NCBI GenBank assembly: GCA_964016885.1
Contig: OZ024740.1
Coordinates: 427,862,001 to 427,926,000 of the forward strand
Length of the DNA: 64,000 nt
DNA from: Eledone cirrhosa
Taxonomy: Eukaryota
Reading direction: 5' to 3'
In this document: piece after piece, positions 29,916 to 40,751 of the stretch
How positions within the stretch are numbered: the first letter of the stretch is position 1
Layout of the letters: each line of letters begins with the position of its first letter
Translations under genes and position numbers: made by a program
The notes under the pieces: generated by a model
Seen by the model: the letters and a program-made list of their open reading frames with translations, nothing else
Databases searched by the model: none
Told to the model about the DNA's origin: nothing

Positions 29916-30358
29916 GGGTTCCCTCCCTTGCTGAATACCATGTGCGTTGTTTGGCTTCGGGTCCCCTCTGTATTATGGAACGAAATACTCGTTGAAGAAG
30001 CCTTTCCTCGTTCGCCTCTTCTCTAGAAGTCTTATATATCTTTTATGTGGGCTGATAGTGATTGGATTAAGGAATTGCAGAAACCCAAGAAGCTACATTT
30101 AACATCGTTCTAGCAGGTCCGGGTGAGTTTTTTACATTCATTTAATTTATTAAATTATTGATATTTTATTTGAGTGACCCGAATCTTCCTGGTCGTTCTT
30201 TTTCGGCTGCATGGGTGATTTTAGGCATGATCTCTATGTGTTGGTATTTTAACGATAGTTATAGCTCTGATTTTTCCAAATTATTGAGCCCTCTGCCACA
30301 TATATCGGATATTGTTTATCGTGATTTCGTGGGCTGATATTCCGATTCTCGATTATTC

Positions 30359-30412
<54 letters not shown>

Positions 30413-30724
30413 GGTTCAAGAGTAACCAATCTTAAAGAGAGAGATGGGGATAGTAGAGGAGATATGAGAGGAAAGATTGGTGAGTTTGTTAGAAGCCAAA
30501 GCTTAAAGGCATGTGCTCAATGTGCAATATGCAGTAGAAAGCAGCTAGGTGACTGGGTTCATGCAGAGGTTAGGTGCGCAGAACTGGAAATATTCATTAG
30601 TTAAGCAAAACAAGACCACAAACTTCACAAGGAAGACATTATTAAAAGATTGTCAACATATTTTAGTTTGATGTAAGGAATGTAGAGAATAATAATAATA
30701 ATAATATTAATAATAATAATGTCC

Positions 30725-30846
30725 GTTTACAATTGTTTCGCTACTCCATATAATATTTCTGGATCAGATGACTATATATCATAATTGATCTGGTTCAGTT
30801 GAAAATAATTAACATATTTTAAAAAAACAGAGTGGCTCATCGGAAC
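30725..30846 (-). ncRNA. Hammerhead ribozyme motif in the sense 3' pLTR (CCGATGA core, large loop II)
   Basis: Minus strand: GTT-CCGATGA-GCCACTC ..about 80 nt.. GAGTAGC-GAAA-CAATTG-TA-AAC. Confidence 0.75.
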
Positions 30847-31213
30847 TCAAAGGAATATAAATTAAAATAATGTTAGATAATATAATGTTCCATATATTGG
30901 TTTTTACTATGGTGCCTTGGTTGCATCAGCTGTCAGCCATAATCAAGCAGTATTCATCTGTCGAGGCTGCATTGTGTGAGATCTGCCTATGGGTAACAAG
31001 ATGGCTGCCAAAGGGCATATTTACCTTACTAATTAGAGGGTGATTTCAGGGGAAGTAACTTCTCGAGAGATTAGAGATTGTGTGTATTTTATAGTTATGT
31101 GCTAGTGTTTAAATTATTTAATTGAGAGACAATGTAGGGGAGGTAACTTATAATTATCGACTTGTTCATAGCAATTTAACTTATTAGCTACAATTAGAGA
31201 TGGGGCTACATGA

Positions 31214-33100
31214 CTAAGTTGGGTCAAAAACTCTATTGGCGAAGGAATTAGCCCTTCGATGTTGACAGCTAATGGTTACCTCCGTTGTATCGTTAATTGG
31301 TAGAGGTTGTGATAGAGTTATGTAATATGCTTCCGTAACACAGAGATCACAAGATTTGCTTCATCCATTGAACGGTTGGGCCCTAGCTACGATATCTCAT
31401 TTTAGTGAGTGTTGAACTTTGTTTAATTTAGGGTTTTTAATGAGCCTAGCTAGCGATGTCAAACATCTGTTGCTAGGGTCTCGGAAGGAAAAAGAGTGCG
31501 CGTTATAGTGTACCTTAAAAGGGTTAGAGATAGACCCGATATAAGAGCTGGTATTCGAAGCAGTCTCAACTGTGCACCTATAGACTATGTTGGGTGGCAG
31601 GCAGTGTCCATTTAATGGGCATGCATTGGGGTACCGGCAGTTGCAGTTGCTTCTGCGGTTAGTGAGAGTAGGGTTGTTTAACCTAAGCAGTTGGTCCGTG
31701 CTAGAAGGATTAGATGGGGCAGGTGTGCTACTAGAGTAATTATTGGTGTAGTGGCGTGGTGTATTTGATAGGGGTGGTGGTACCACGGTGTGGGAGTTAT
31801 ACTGTCTTAGCTTATGATGGTTACTGAACGCGATGTGGCTAGCTAGGTTAGGTGTTGTGGAGAATGAGATTTTAATGTTATTTTTATTAAAGAGTTTGTA
31901 ATATCTATGGTTAGGGGGGGAAGTGTTTGGATAGGATAGAGAAGAAGCGATTAGGGATATTAGTGGCTAGATTAGATGAGAATGGTGGGTTACGCCAGGT
32001 AATATTTCTAGGTCTATTCCTTCTAGGGGTTCTAGTGGAGTTGGTAGGGCCTTCCTAGGGTTATTATTACCTGGGGGTTTGTTACTTGTCATCCCATTTC
32101 TCATTCCTATTCTAGGGTTGATTCTTGGTTTGCTACTGGGAGTGGGGAGCAGGCCGCTGCCACCAGTAAGGTTCCCTGTATAGGTGCTGTTACTGCTAAA
32201 ATTCCGGCGAATCTGACTATATGCTAAAGTATTTCTAGTTCTAGTGTTAAGTTTATTATGGTGAATTGCTGTGTTATGGCATTTTGGTATGTAATAAATT
32301 GATTGTTTATAACCAGTTCAGAGAGAGCCTTATTATAATATTGTGCGTGGTTTATAAATATCTCTTCATTTGCTGATAGCATTGAGGTCCTATAGGAGAT
32401 AGATTTGATTACTGCTCCTCTGATGACTGCCGGTGGGTAGTTAGAGTGTGGGCTAATATATGTGAGTATTTCGCCTGGTTTATGGTAAGGGTTATAAAGG
32501 TTATTGTTGAGATCAAGAGTGACGTCTAGGAAGTTTACTACTTTATGGTTCAGCTCGATGGTGATAGAGAGACCGTTATTTTTGAAGAACCTATGAAATT
32601 GTTTCTTTAGCAAATCGATTCCTCGATTAGTGCAATTGTGGACTGCAAATAGGGCGTCGTCCCTGTATATTCCACCTTGCATGGGTTGGATTTCGGCTCT
32701 GATGTTACGTAATAGGTAAATCCCAACTAAATCGGTGATTTGTGCGGAGTCACTTGAGCCCATCGTAATGTCAAAGTTGTCTGTTCTATCTTTTCTAGTC
32801 CAGAGTGCTCCGTTGAATTCAATGATAGTCTGCCTAGCCATGAGTATGATGTTAATCTCATTATTGGTTATGTCCGAGTTGGTCGTGGCTAGGGCTAGTG
32901 CTTTGTTGAGCAGTTCCTGGGTTATTGACGCGTAATAGCTGTCTATGTCAAATTGGATTAACCTCATAGATTGCTTTGACCTTAGATCGGAGAACCATCT
33001 GATGACTTGGCCGGTGTTGGACCACAACTTGTAGGTGATATCATCCTGTAGCCCAGGGATTATCCTATCAAGGATGTTCTTACTGATGCGGCCTAGGTCA
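31214..33100 (-). pseudogene. Penelope-like reverse transcriptase + GIY-YIG endonuclease, frameshifted and with stops
   Basis: RT motifs QFDIDSYYASI, FDITMGS, IYRDD, VNFLDVTL, SNYPP. Linker ITWRNPPFS..KHFP. CNCRYPNACPLNGHC (CxCx5C), IVY...YIG, and C-terminal CDLCVTE..IN..TE..CQH read manually to TAG at 31214. Confidence 0.9.
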
Positions 33101-33181
33101 GATGCAACCAAGGCACCATAGTAAAAACCAATATATGGAACATTATATTATGTAACATTATTTTAATTTATATTCCTTTGA

Positions 33182-33303
33182 GTTCCGATGAGCCACTCTG
33201 TTTTTTTTTAATATGTTAATTATTTTCAACTGAACCAGATCAATTATGATATATAGTCATCTGATCCAGAAATATTATATGGAGTAGCGAAACAATTGTA
33301 AAC
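33182..33303 (+). ncRNA. Hammerhead ribozyme motif in the inverted pLTR copy
   Basis: GTT-CCGATGA (33185-33191)-GCCACTC...GAGTAGC-GAAA (33289-33292)-CAATTG-TA-AAC. Confidence 0.75.
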
Positions 33304-33417
33304 GGACATTATTATTATTATTATTATTATTGTTATTGTTATTCCTTGAATCTCAGTCATTGATGTTGGTTAACTGGAAAGTCCGTTGGATTGAATATCA
33401 AGCCACTACCTGCAGCC

Positions 33418-36400
33418 TCAGATATTCAGGACGTATCGGAGGGTTCTTGCCGTTCCAAGCAAGCATGCCTTTTGAAGCGTTCCAAAAAGCGTGAAGGGGC
33501 CGATTTTCTTTAACCATCCCTGGAAACCTTTGGAGATAGTCCCCAGTGCGCCTATGACAATCGGGATCACTTTGACTTCATGGCAGTTCCAAATCCTTTT
33601 CACCTCCCACTTTAGGTCCTGGTATCGGTTAATTTTCTCCCTCTCCTTCTCTTGCACTCTCGTGTCGAACGGGCAGGCCACATCCACAATCAGGCACGAT
33701 CTTTTTTCTTTGTCCACAACCACCAGGTCAGGTCTATTGTGTTCCAGTTTTTTGTCCGTCTGTATCCTAAAATCCCACAGCACCTTCACCTGATTGTTCT
33801 CCATCACCGCCTCTGGCCTATGCTCATACCATTTCTCAGAATGTGGTAGATTGTTTACTTTGCACAGGTGCCAGTGGATCACCCTGCCCATCACATCGTG
33901 TCTCCAGCCCTTATAGTGGGTCTGGGCTAGGTGTTTACACTCGGACACAATGTGAGCCACAGTCTCCTCTCTCTCTCCACAGATCCTGCACAGTGGGCTA
34001 GCCTCCTCCTTGTAGATATGGTGCTTCAACCACTTCGTTTTGAGGGCCTGCTCCTGCGCAGCCATTAGCATTCCTTCTGTAGCCTTTTTGAGGTCTCCTC
34101 TTCTCAACCAGTTCCATGTCTGTGGATCTCTAAATTCAGTTTTCTCAAAGAAGGTACTATGAAGGGATTTTCCCTTAAGGCTGCTCTTCCTCCTTGATGT
34201 TATTTCCTCCTTGGGTATCCCCTGGCCTACTGTCCCCTCCTTCAGTACAGCTCTGAGCATTGGCTCCTTACTATAGGTCACGTATTTGTATAGGTTGTTT
34301 TTCTCCATCTGAACACAGTCCTCTATGCTGATAAGACCTCTTCCACCCTCAGATCTCCTTAGGTAGAGTCTATCGACATCACTCCTCTTGTGGAACATGT
34401 TGTAGATAGTCAATAGCTTCCTAGTCTTCCTATCCATTTCTTTTTGTTCAGCAACATTCCATCTCAGAATTCCCGCACTGTACCTAATAATAGACACAGC
34501 TCGGGAATTTACTGCGCTTATGGCATTTCTGCTGTTCAGATGTGACTTCAATACGCTCCTTACTCTCCGAATGTATTCAGTTCTTAACAATTCCTTCATT
34601 TTTTTGTTCTTTATGCCATCAGCCTCCAGAACGCCCAAATACTTGTATCCTTCCTCAGAGTCAATTTCCTTTATCATCTCACCTGTTGGTATCTGGATCC
34701 CGTTACTTCTGCTCAACCTACCCCTCCTCATCACAATGACTCCACATTTACCAATACCAAACTGCATACATATATCACTGCTGAAAATACGGACAGTGTC
34801 AACAAGCACATCCAACTCCTTCTCACTTTTCCCGAAGAGCTTAAGATCGTCCATGAAGAGGAGGTGATTGATGGTAAGCTCTCCCCTTCCCAACTTGTAT
34901 CCTGCTCTCACTTTTCGCAGCATAATGGTCAAGGGCATCAGGGCAAGGACAAACAACAGAGGGGACAGGCTATCTCCCTGGAAGATACCTCTCTTGATCT
35001 TCACGCTTCCCAAGGATACTCCAGTTGATGTCAACTCTGTCTCCCAGGACCCCATACTCCTGCCCAGCAACTGTCTGATGTTATCTGCCACCCTGAAGAT
35101 CTCCAGGCTTTTGGTGATCCAGGAATGAGGCACCATGTCAAATGCCTTTCTGTAGTCTATCCATCCCATGGCAAGATCAGTGTGTCTCCTCCTGCAATTC
35201 CCCATTACCATCTTATCAATAAGCAACTGGTCCTTTGTACCACGTGACTTCTTTCGGCATCCTTTCTGTTCGTCCGGCAACAAGTTGTTTGTGTGGAGGT
35301 GATGGTAGATTTCCTCAGACACAATGCTCGTCAACAGTTTCCACATTACGGGCAGACATGTGATAGGTCTATAGTTGGTAACATCATTACCCTTGATTTG
35401 GTCTTTCATTATCAGAACTGTGGTACCTTTTGTCAACCACTCTGGCACCTCACCCGACACCAAGCAGTCATTGAACATGGCCGTCAGCTTCGGGTGGAGG
35501 GATGTTAAATGTTTAATCCAATACCCCTGCACACCATCTGGGCCTGGTGATTTCCAGTTGGTTAGTTTTTTGGCTTGCCCCTTAAGAGTTTCAACTGTGA
35601 TACTCAAATCAGTCTGTTGCTGTGCCTGCTCACCGATCTCCCTCTGTACTGTCTCAATCCACCCTGCCTGGGCATTGTGTCTAACATCCTGCTCCCATAT
35701 TCCTCTCCAGAATGTTTTAGCTTGTTCCGCCCCAGGGATCAAGTCGGTGCCTCTTTCTTTCCCCTCAAGCTGTCCAAACAGCATCTTCTGGTTGTTGTCG
35801 AACATGCGGTTCTGTTTATACTGACTGACTCTGTTCTCGTATCGCCTGATTTTGGCACTCTTTGCTACAATGCGTTGCTTCAATTCCTCTATGATAATAT
35901 TTAGCTTTTTACTCCTAGTTTTGTATTTTATTTCCAGTCTATTTTTAGTGCCTATGTTTTTTAGTGTCCCATTCAGTAGTGACTCAAGCTTTCCTATGTC
36001 ATTTCTCATTTCCCCGATTTGCCCACTCAGTCGCTTCTTCCACCACGGCTCTGCTCTTTCTTGTCTGTTGTTTCCTCTCGCTTTTATACCAAGTAGTTTC
36101 CTCACCGTATTTGCTGTTGCTTTGAGGATATTGTTGCACTGGTGAAGACTCCTCGCCTCAAGGTATGGGATGACTTTGTTTACCTTAGCTGTTGTTTCTT
36201 TTAACTTTTTCCTGTCTACAAATCTTAGGTTCATAGGTCTCCCACTATCATTGTTCAACTCATCTACCACTAAATTTAGGATGTCAACCGAATCTTGTCC
36301 TAGCCCGTCAGCATTCATCTCCTCAGTGGCCGTATCTCTGTTCCAGGTATTATTTATCTCAGTATTCAGATCATTGTCTGCTTCGGGTGGTTCCTCCGCT

Positions 36401-36810
36401 CTCAGGACCTCCTCACCTTCATTTCCCGCCGGCTCGCTTGTCTGGCATACTACACCCGCCATCTCCAAGCCATTCTCTCTGCTCAGTTCCTCCAGTTCCA
36501 GCTCGCTTATCCACCCATTAGTTCTTATTACCCGAGCCTGCCCGGCCAATTTTTGTTCATCTAATTTAAATAAACCAATCTCGTTCCAGATGTTATGCAT
36601 CCGTCTCCTGTAGCCCCTCTCCTTGGGGTTACTTTTCAGGTAGCATTGCATAACAGTTCTATTCAATTCTTTCGTCCAGTTGGTTCTGGCCCCTTTCCTT
36701 CTTCTTCTTCCTCCAACATCAGCAGTATTTCGTTGACAGTCAGGTTCCTGCTGCTGAGCCAGGGGGCACCTGTTGGGTGAGAGTCTGTCACATGACGTTC
36801 TAGTCTCCAT
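33418..36810 (-). CDS. R4/Dong-type retrotransposon protein (Myb-like N-terminus, RT, CCHC knuckle, restriction-like endonuclease), 1130 aa, uninterrupted
   Basis: Motifs KSPGPDG, NYRPITCL, WIDYRKAFDMV, RGIFQGDSLSPLLF, HLLFMDDLKL, CRICGEREETVAHIVSEC, RHD and RPDLV..DVA..EK..RY. Confidence 0.95.
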   Translation of the reverse strand: METRTSCDRLSPNRCPLAQQQEPDCQRNTADVGGRRRRKGARTNWTKELNRTVMQCYLKSNPKERGYRRRMHNIWNEIGLFKLDEQKLAGQARVIRTNGWISELELEELSRENGLEMAGVVCQTSEPAGNEGEEVLRAEEPPEADNDLNTEINNTWNRDTATEEMNADGLGQDSVDILNLVVDELNNDSGRPMNLRFVDRKKLKETTAKVNKVIPYLEARSLHQCNNILKATANTVRKLLGIKARGNNRQERAEPWWKKRLSGQIGEMRNDIGKLESLLNGTLKNIGTKNRLEIKYKTRSKKLNIIIEELKQRIVAKSAKIRRYENRVSQYKQNRMFDNNQKMLFGQLEGKERGTDLIPGAEQAKTFWRGIWEQDVRHNAQAGWIETVQREIGEQAQQQTDLSITVETLKGQAKKLTNWKSPGPDGVQGYWIKHLTSLHPKLTAMFNDCLVSGEVPEWLTKGTTVLIMKDQIKGNDVTNYRPITCLPVMWKLLTSIVSEEIYHHLHTNNLLPDEQKGCRKKSRGTKDQLLIDKMVMGNCRRRHTDLAMGWIDYRKAFDMVPHSWITKSLEIFRVADNIRQLLGRSMGSWETELTSTGVSLGSVKIKRGIFQGDSLSPLLFVLALMPLTIMLRKVRAGYKLGRGELTINHLLFMDDLKLFGKSEKELDVLVDTVRIFSSDICMQFGIGKCGVIVMRRGRLSRSNGIQIPTGEMIKEIDSEEGYKYLGVLEADGIKNKKMKELLRTEYIRRVRSVLKSHLNSRNAISAVNSRAVSIIRYSAGILRWNVAEQKEMDRKTRKLLTIYNMFHKRSDVDRLYLRRSEGGRGLISIEDCVQMEKNNLYKYVTYSKEPMLRAVLKEGTVGQGIPKEEITSRRKSSLKGKSLHSTFFEKTEFRDPQTWNWLRRGDLKKATEGMLMAAQEQALKTKWLKHHIYKEEASPLCRICGEREETVAHIVSECKHLAQTHYKGWRHDVMGRVIHWHLCKVNNLPHSEKWYEHRPEAVMENNQVKVLWDFRIQTDKKLEHNRPDLVVVDKEKRSCLIVDVACPFDTRVQEKEREKINRYQDLKWEVKRIWNCHEVKVIPIVIGALGTISKGFQGWLKKIGPFTLFGTLQKACLLGTARTLRYVLNI

Positions 36811-37379
36811 TTCACCGTTATTCGAACTGTTTATGTTCGATATTTAAACACTCTTATCGAGGATTGGCGAATGTATGTTTACATAGCCATCTGTGGATCC
36901 GCCATCCCACTTGGCCCTTGTGTGGCATTATCACCACGCTGTATACGGACACACATAAACAAACAAACACACGGGCAGAAAGGGCCCCAAAAATGAATAA
37001 GCATAAGTTTCATTGTAATGTAGTATTCGAATGTCCGACTTAGTTTTTGTTTTTTAAGTTTTACTTTTCCCCCCCTCTTCTCTGTCCGTCCGCCTGCTTC
37101 TCTCTTCATTCTTATTTTCTTTACGTTTTTGGGGTTTCTTTTTTTGTTTTTGTTTTTCTCTGTTTTTCTCGTTTTTTACTGTTGTTGCTGTGCTGCTTTT
37201 GTTGTTTGTTTTTTCTTTTTTCTTTTGAGTCTATCTATATATTTTGATGCCTTCCTCTTTGTTAGTAGTAGGAATTCTATAATGTGGAAGTGGTAGCCAG
37301 CAGAGACTAGCGGCGTTGGCGATACTGAGACAGTGGTGGCGGTGATGTCGATACCGAGGCAGCGGTGGCGGTGATGCGA

Positions 37380-38042
37380 CCGTATTACTGTAGTGATGGT
37401 GCTGTAGCGGTGGCAGCAGCAGTGAAGGAGTCAGGGGGTGGTGGCGGCGGTGATGGGACAGCGGTGGCAATGATGGCCGCAGTGAGCGGTGGCGGTGAAG
37501 GTGAAAATGCTGTTGTGTTTAGTGTACACAGATGATGGGGTGGGTGGTGTATCTAGTTTCTGGTGTTGGTGAGTTTCGCTGTCCTATATAGTGTAGCCAG
37601 AGGAGAGGAGGGGGGGGGGGGTTCTTCTTCTTCCATTTATAGCCATTTTATTTTTTTTTTTTTTTTTTTTTTTTTTTGGATATACAGTGTACAATACAAA
37701 GTTGAATATTTGAATATTTGAGCCGTATTACTGTAGTGATGGTGCTGTAGCGGTGGCAGCAGCAGTGAAGGAGTCAGGGGGTGGTGGCGGCGGTGATGGG
37801 ACAGCGGTGGCAATGATGGCCGTAGTGAGCGGTGGCGGTGAAGGTGAAAATGCTGTTGTGTTTAGTGTACACAGATGATGGGGTGGGCGGTGTATCTAGT
37901 TTCTGGTGTTGGTGAGTTTAGCTGTCCTATATAGTGTAGCCAGAGGAGAGGAGGGGGGGGGGTTCTTCTTCTTCCATTTATAGCCATTTTTTTCTGGATA
38001 TACAGTGTACAATACAAAGTTGAACATTTGAATATTTGAGCC
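37380..38042. repeat. Two-copy direct tandem duplication (about 320-340 bp) in the LINE 5' region
   Basis: CCGTATTACTGTAGTGATGG... starts at 37380 and at 37723; the copies differ mainly in G-run and T-run lengths. Confidence 0.93.
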
Positions 38043-38135
38043 TTATAACAATATATTTTGGGTCCGAATTTTTTGGGGCTCAAGCCGGGTGCTTTACGTA
38101 GCATTTGTACTAAGAGTTGTTATTTGTACTAAGAG

Positions 38136-38192
<57 letters not shown>

Positions 38193-38284
38193 TCTACATT
38201 CCTTACATCAAACTAAAATATGTTGACAATCTGTTAATAATGTCTTCCTTGTGAAATTTGTGGTCTTGTTTTGCTTAACTAATG

Positions 38285-38404
<120 letters not shown>

Positions 38405-38407
38405 CAT

Positions 38408-38444
<37 letters not shown>

Positions 38445-38448
<4 letters not shown>

Positions 38449-38755
38449 GTAAAATAAAACAAGAACGAGTGGTTACTCCTTCATTACGCTTATTGGTTGG
38501 TAACGCGCGTTTCGCCACTGATCAGCTCACGGTTCGATCTGTATCGATCTAGCCCAACTCTGTAATCCACGGCTCGTCAGACCCATTATAAGTGGCGAAA
38601 CGCGCGTCACCAACCAATAAATGTAATGAAGGAGTAACCACTCGTCCTTGTTTTATTTCACCATAATAACTCTGTCTAGCTCTATACCTCGACACAGACC
38701 TAAACATCGAGTGCTCACTCGGGTGAACCTACTGTAATTCTAAGTTACACTCCCT

Positions 38756-38757
<2 letters not shown>
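38445..38757. mobile_element. Small Penelope-type pLTR element with about 73-bp inverted arms (38445-38518 / 38591-38665) in (TA)n
   Basis: Arms read AGTGGCGAAACGCGCGT(C/T)ACCAACCAATAA..GAAGGAGTAACCACTCGT..TTGTTTTATTT on opposite strands. Confidence 0.8.
38499..38583 (-). ncRNA. Minimal hammerhead ribozyme motif (CTGACGA core, CGCGCG stem III)
   Basis: Minus strand: GGT-CTGACGA-GCCG..about 50 nt..TGGC-GAAA-CGCGCG-TT-ACC. The other arm has the canonical GTC triplet. Confidence 0.78.
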
Positions 38758-38787
<30 letters not shown>

Positions 38788-38789
<2 letters not shown>

Positions 38790-38988
38790 CGGAGGAAATG
38801 TGGTAAGGAACCAGGTGGACCATAACGCACCAAAGTACTCAATACTTAGGGTAGTAGAGTGGGTAATAGGAACGAGTAGGACCTCGACGGCTGAGCTCAA
38901 GCCGTTTCGACGGTTAATTCTGGACAGAATTTAGTCCAGAATTAGCCGTCGAAACGGCTTGAGCTCAGCCGTCGGGGTCCTACTCGTT

Positions 38989-38993
<5 letters not shown>
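38788..38993 (-). mobile_element. Second copy of the fold-back pLTR family (inverted repeat 38866-38993)
   Basis: Reverse-orientation homologue of 23684-23876. Near-perfect hairpin around AGAATTTA; arms contain GAAA-CGGCT TGAGCTC AGCCG-TC. Confidence 0.8.
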
Positions 38994-39032
<39 letters not shown>

Positions 39033-39033
<1 letters not shown>

Positions 39034-39079
39034 TTCTACAGGACTAGAACTGTTTCATTCATTAGAAATCATCAGGAAT
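39033..39079 (-). ncRNA. Hammerhead ribozyme motif (canonical core)
   Basis: Minus strand: ATTC-CTGATGA-TTTC taat GAAT-GAAA-CAG ttctagtc CTG-TA-GAAT, inside a 125-bp island between (TA)n tracts. Confidence 0.75.
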
Positions 39080-39155
39080 ATATTAAAACTGTTATACTCT
39101 GCTATGTATTGAGTACCTTACTTACTGTGGTTACCTCCGATTCAACCCGGAATAC

Positions 39156-39241
<86 letters not shown>

Positions 39242-39372
39242 GTGAGGTTTTTTTTACAAAATGAAAAATAACCGAGGTGTCCTACACGAGTGGAAGTATA
39301 AAGAAAAAGGGATGAAATCGAAAATGCAACTGAAGTCTTATTTTTTTAAAAAATATATATATTTATTTGGTT

Positions 39373-39410
39373 CCTTTACCGGTTTCGCAGTTCTTCTGCT
39401 TTTCAAAAGG
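39373..39410 (-). ncRNA. Minimal hammerhead variant (TTGAAAA core), left arm
   Basis: Exact reverse complement of 39667-39704. Confidence 0.75.
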
Positions 39411-39666
39411 TGAGTTGAGATGGAGGGTCTGTGGTTTTTCTCACATCTGGTTGGTCTCTAAATGTTACTTGTTTTATATGGAAAAACTGGCTCGAAAACC
39501 AGGTTTTTCGAGAAGTAATTTGATTGGTTTGTCAATAATTATTGACAAACCAATCAAATTACTTCTCGAAAAACCTGGTTTTCGAGCCAGTTTTTCCATA
39601 TAAAACAAGTAACATTTAGAGACCAACCAGATGTGAGAAAAACCACAGACCCTCCATCTCAACTCA

Positions 39667-39704
39667 CCTTTTGAAAAGCAGAAGAACTGCGAAACCGGTA
39701 AAGG
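39667..39704 (+). ncRNA. Minimal hammerhead variant (C3U/G8A core TTGAAAA), right arm
   Basis: CCTT-TTGAAAA-GCAG aagaa CTGC-GAAA-CCGG-TA-AAGG, followed by AATAAA. Confidence 0.75.
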
Positions 39705-39773
39705 AACCAAATAAATATATATATTTTTTAAAAAAATAAGACTTCAGTTGCATTTTCGATTTCATCCTTTTTT

Positions 39774-39881
<108 letters not shown>

Positions 39882-40148
39882 ATATATCTGTATATATATA
39901 TCTTATATCTTGTATCTTATCTCTATACTTTCTTACATTTTTCGTTGCTTGTAACATTTTTTGCCTGTATCTTTTGTTTGTACCTCTTACACTTTCAACC
40001 AGTGCTCCTTGTAATTGTGTTCTCTCAAGTATAACATCTTTTCAACTCCTGATTCTGTACATGATGTCTAGGACACTAACAACACTTATGTATCTACCTA
40101 AATGTTCTGAATGACTAGTATTTTAATCACCTGTCTTGACATTCCCGA

Positions 40149-40195
40149 TGCTCCGATGATTCCAGACCTCTCTCTGGAAGAAACAATTGTCAGCA
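40149..40195 (+). ncRNA. Minimal hammerhead variant (CCGATGA core)
   Basis: TGCT-CCGATGA-TTCCAGA cctctc TCTGGAA-GAAA-CAATTG-TC-AGCA, directly followed by AATAAA. Lies in a 39900-40343 island bounded by (TA)-rich tracts. Confidence 0.82.
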
Positions 40196-40383
40196 AATAA
40201 ATGTATTAAACTAAGATTTGAGTGTTTCAACACCTTGTATCTCGGCTCTGTAAAACGCTTGATAATTTGCATTGAGCCTTTTGTCATACCGGTAACCGGG
40301 TAGTACTTAGTACTACCCTCCATATTTATAATTGTATTAAACATATATACGTATAAATATTGTTATTATTACTATATACACAC

Positions 40384-40522
<139 letters not shown>

Positions 40523-40682
40523 CAGGGGGGAGGTGAGCCTACGTGTGTCGAAACACATTATAATTTGTTATAATTTCATAGGGTCATATTGCCAATAAAA
40601 ACACACACAGGTGCAGTTCAATTTTAATTGAGTAACTATAAATTTAAAACGGTACAGAATGTAGTTCAATGTATAGAACCAG

Positions 40683-40751
40683 GAAGAAGAAGAAGAAGAA
40701 GAAGAAGAAGAAGAAGAAGAAGAAGAAGAAGAAGAAGAAGAAGAAGAAGAG
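40683..40751. repeat. (GAA)n microsatellite
   Basis: Directly readable; a second (GAA)n lies at about 51872-51922. Confidence 0.95.

Larger units (their letters stand above)
33344..38137 (-). mobile_element. Apparently full-length R4/Dong-clade non-LTR retrotransposon inserted in (TAA)n
   Basis: Single long ORF, short 3' UTR and about 1.3-kb 5' region, with (TTA)n on both sides (33308-33343 and 38139-38191). The host pLTR resumes exactly after the insert. Confidence 0.88.

Noticed and set aside
31361-31399. Two in-frame TGA codons in the Naiad-like endonuclease as selenocysteine (some Naiads encode selenoproteins)
   Set aside because: They fall at a conserved Trp position (LK*DIV) and a likely Arg (CGA to TGA) position, not at Cys sites. 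The Cys codons here are TGT/TGC, and the copy also has frameshifts.
33491-36780. Plus-strand ORFs opposite the Dong ORF (and likewise opposite the Tx1 ORF2)
   Set aside because: Antisense shadows of real coding sequence.
39367-39710. Identical 78-aa ORFs on both strands
   Set aside because: A consequence of the palindrome; no protein motif.
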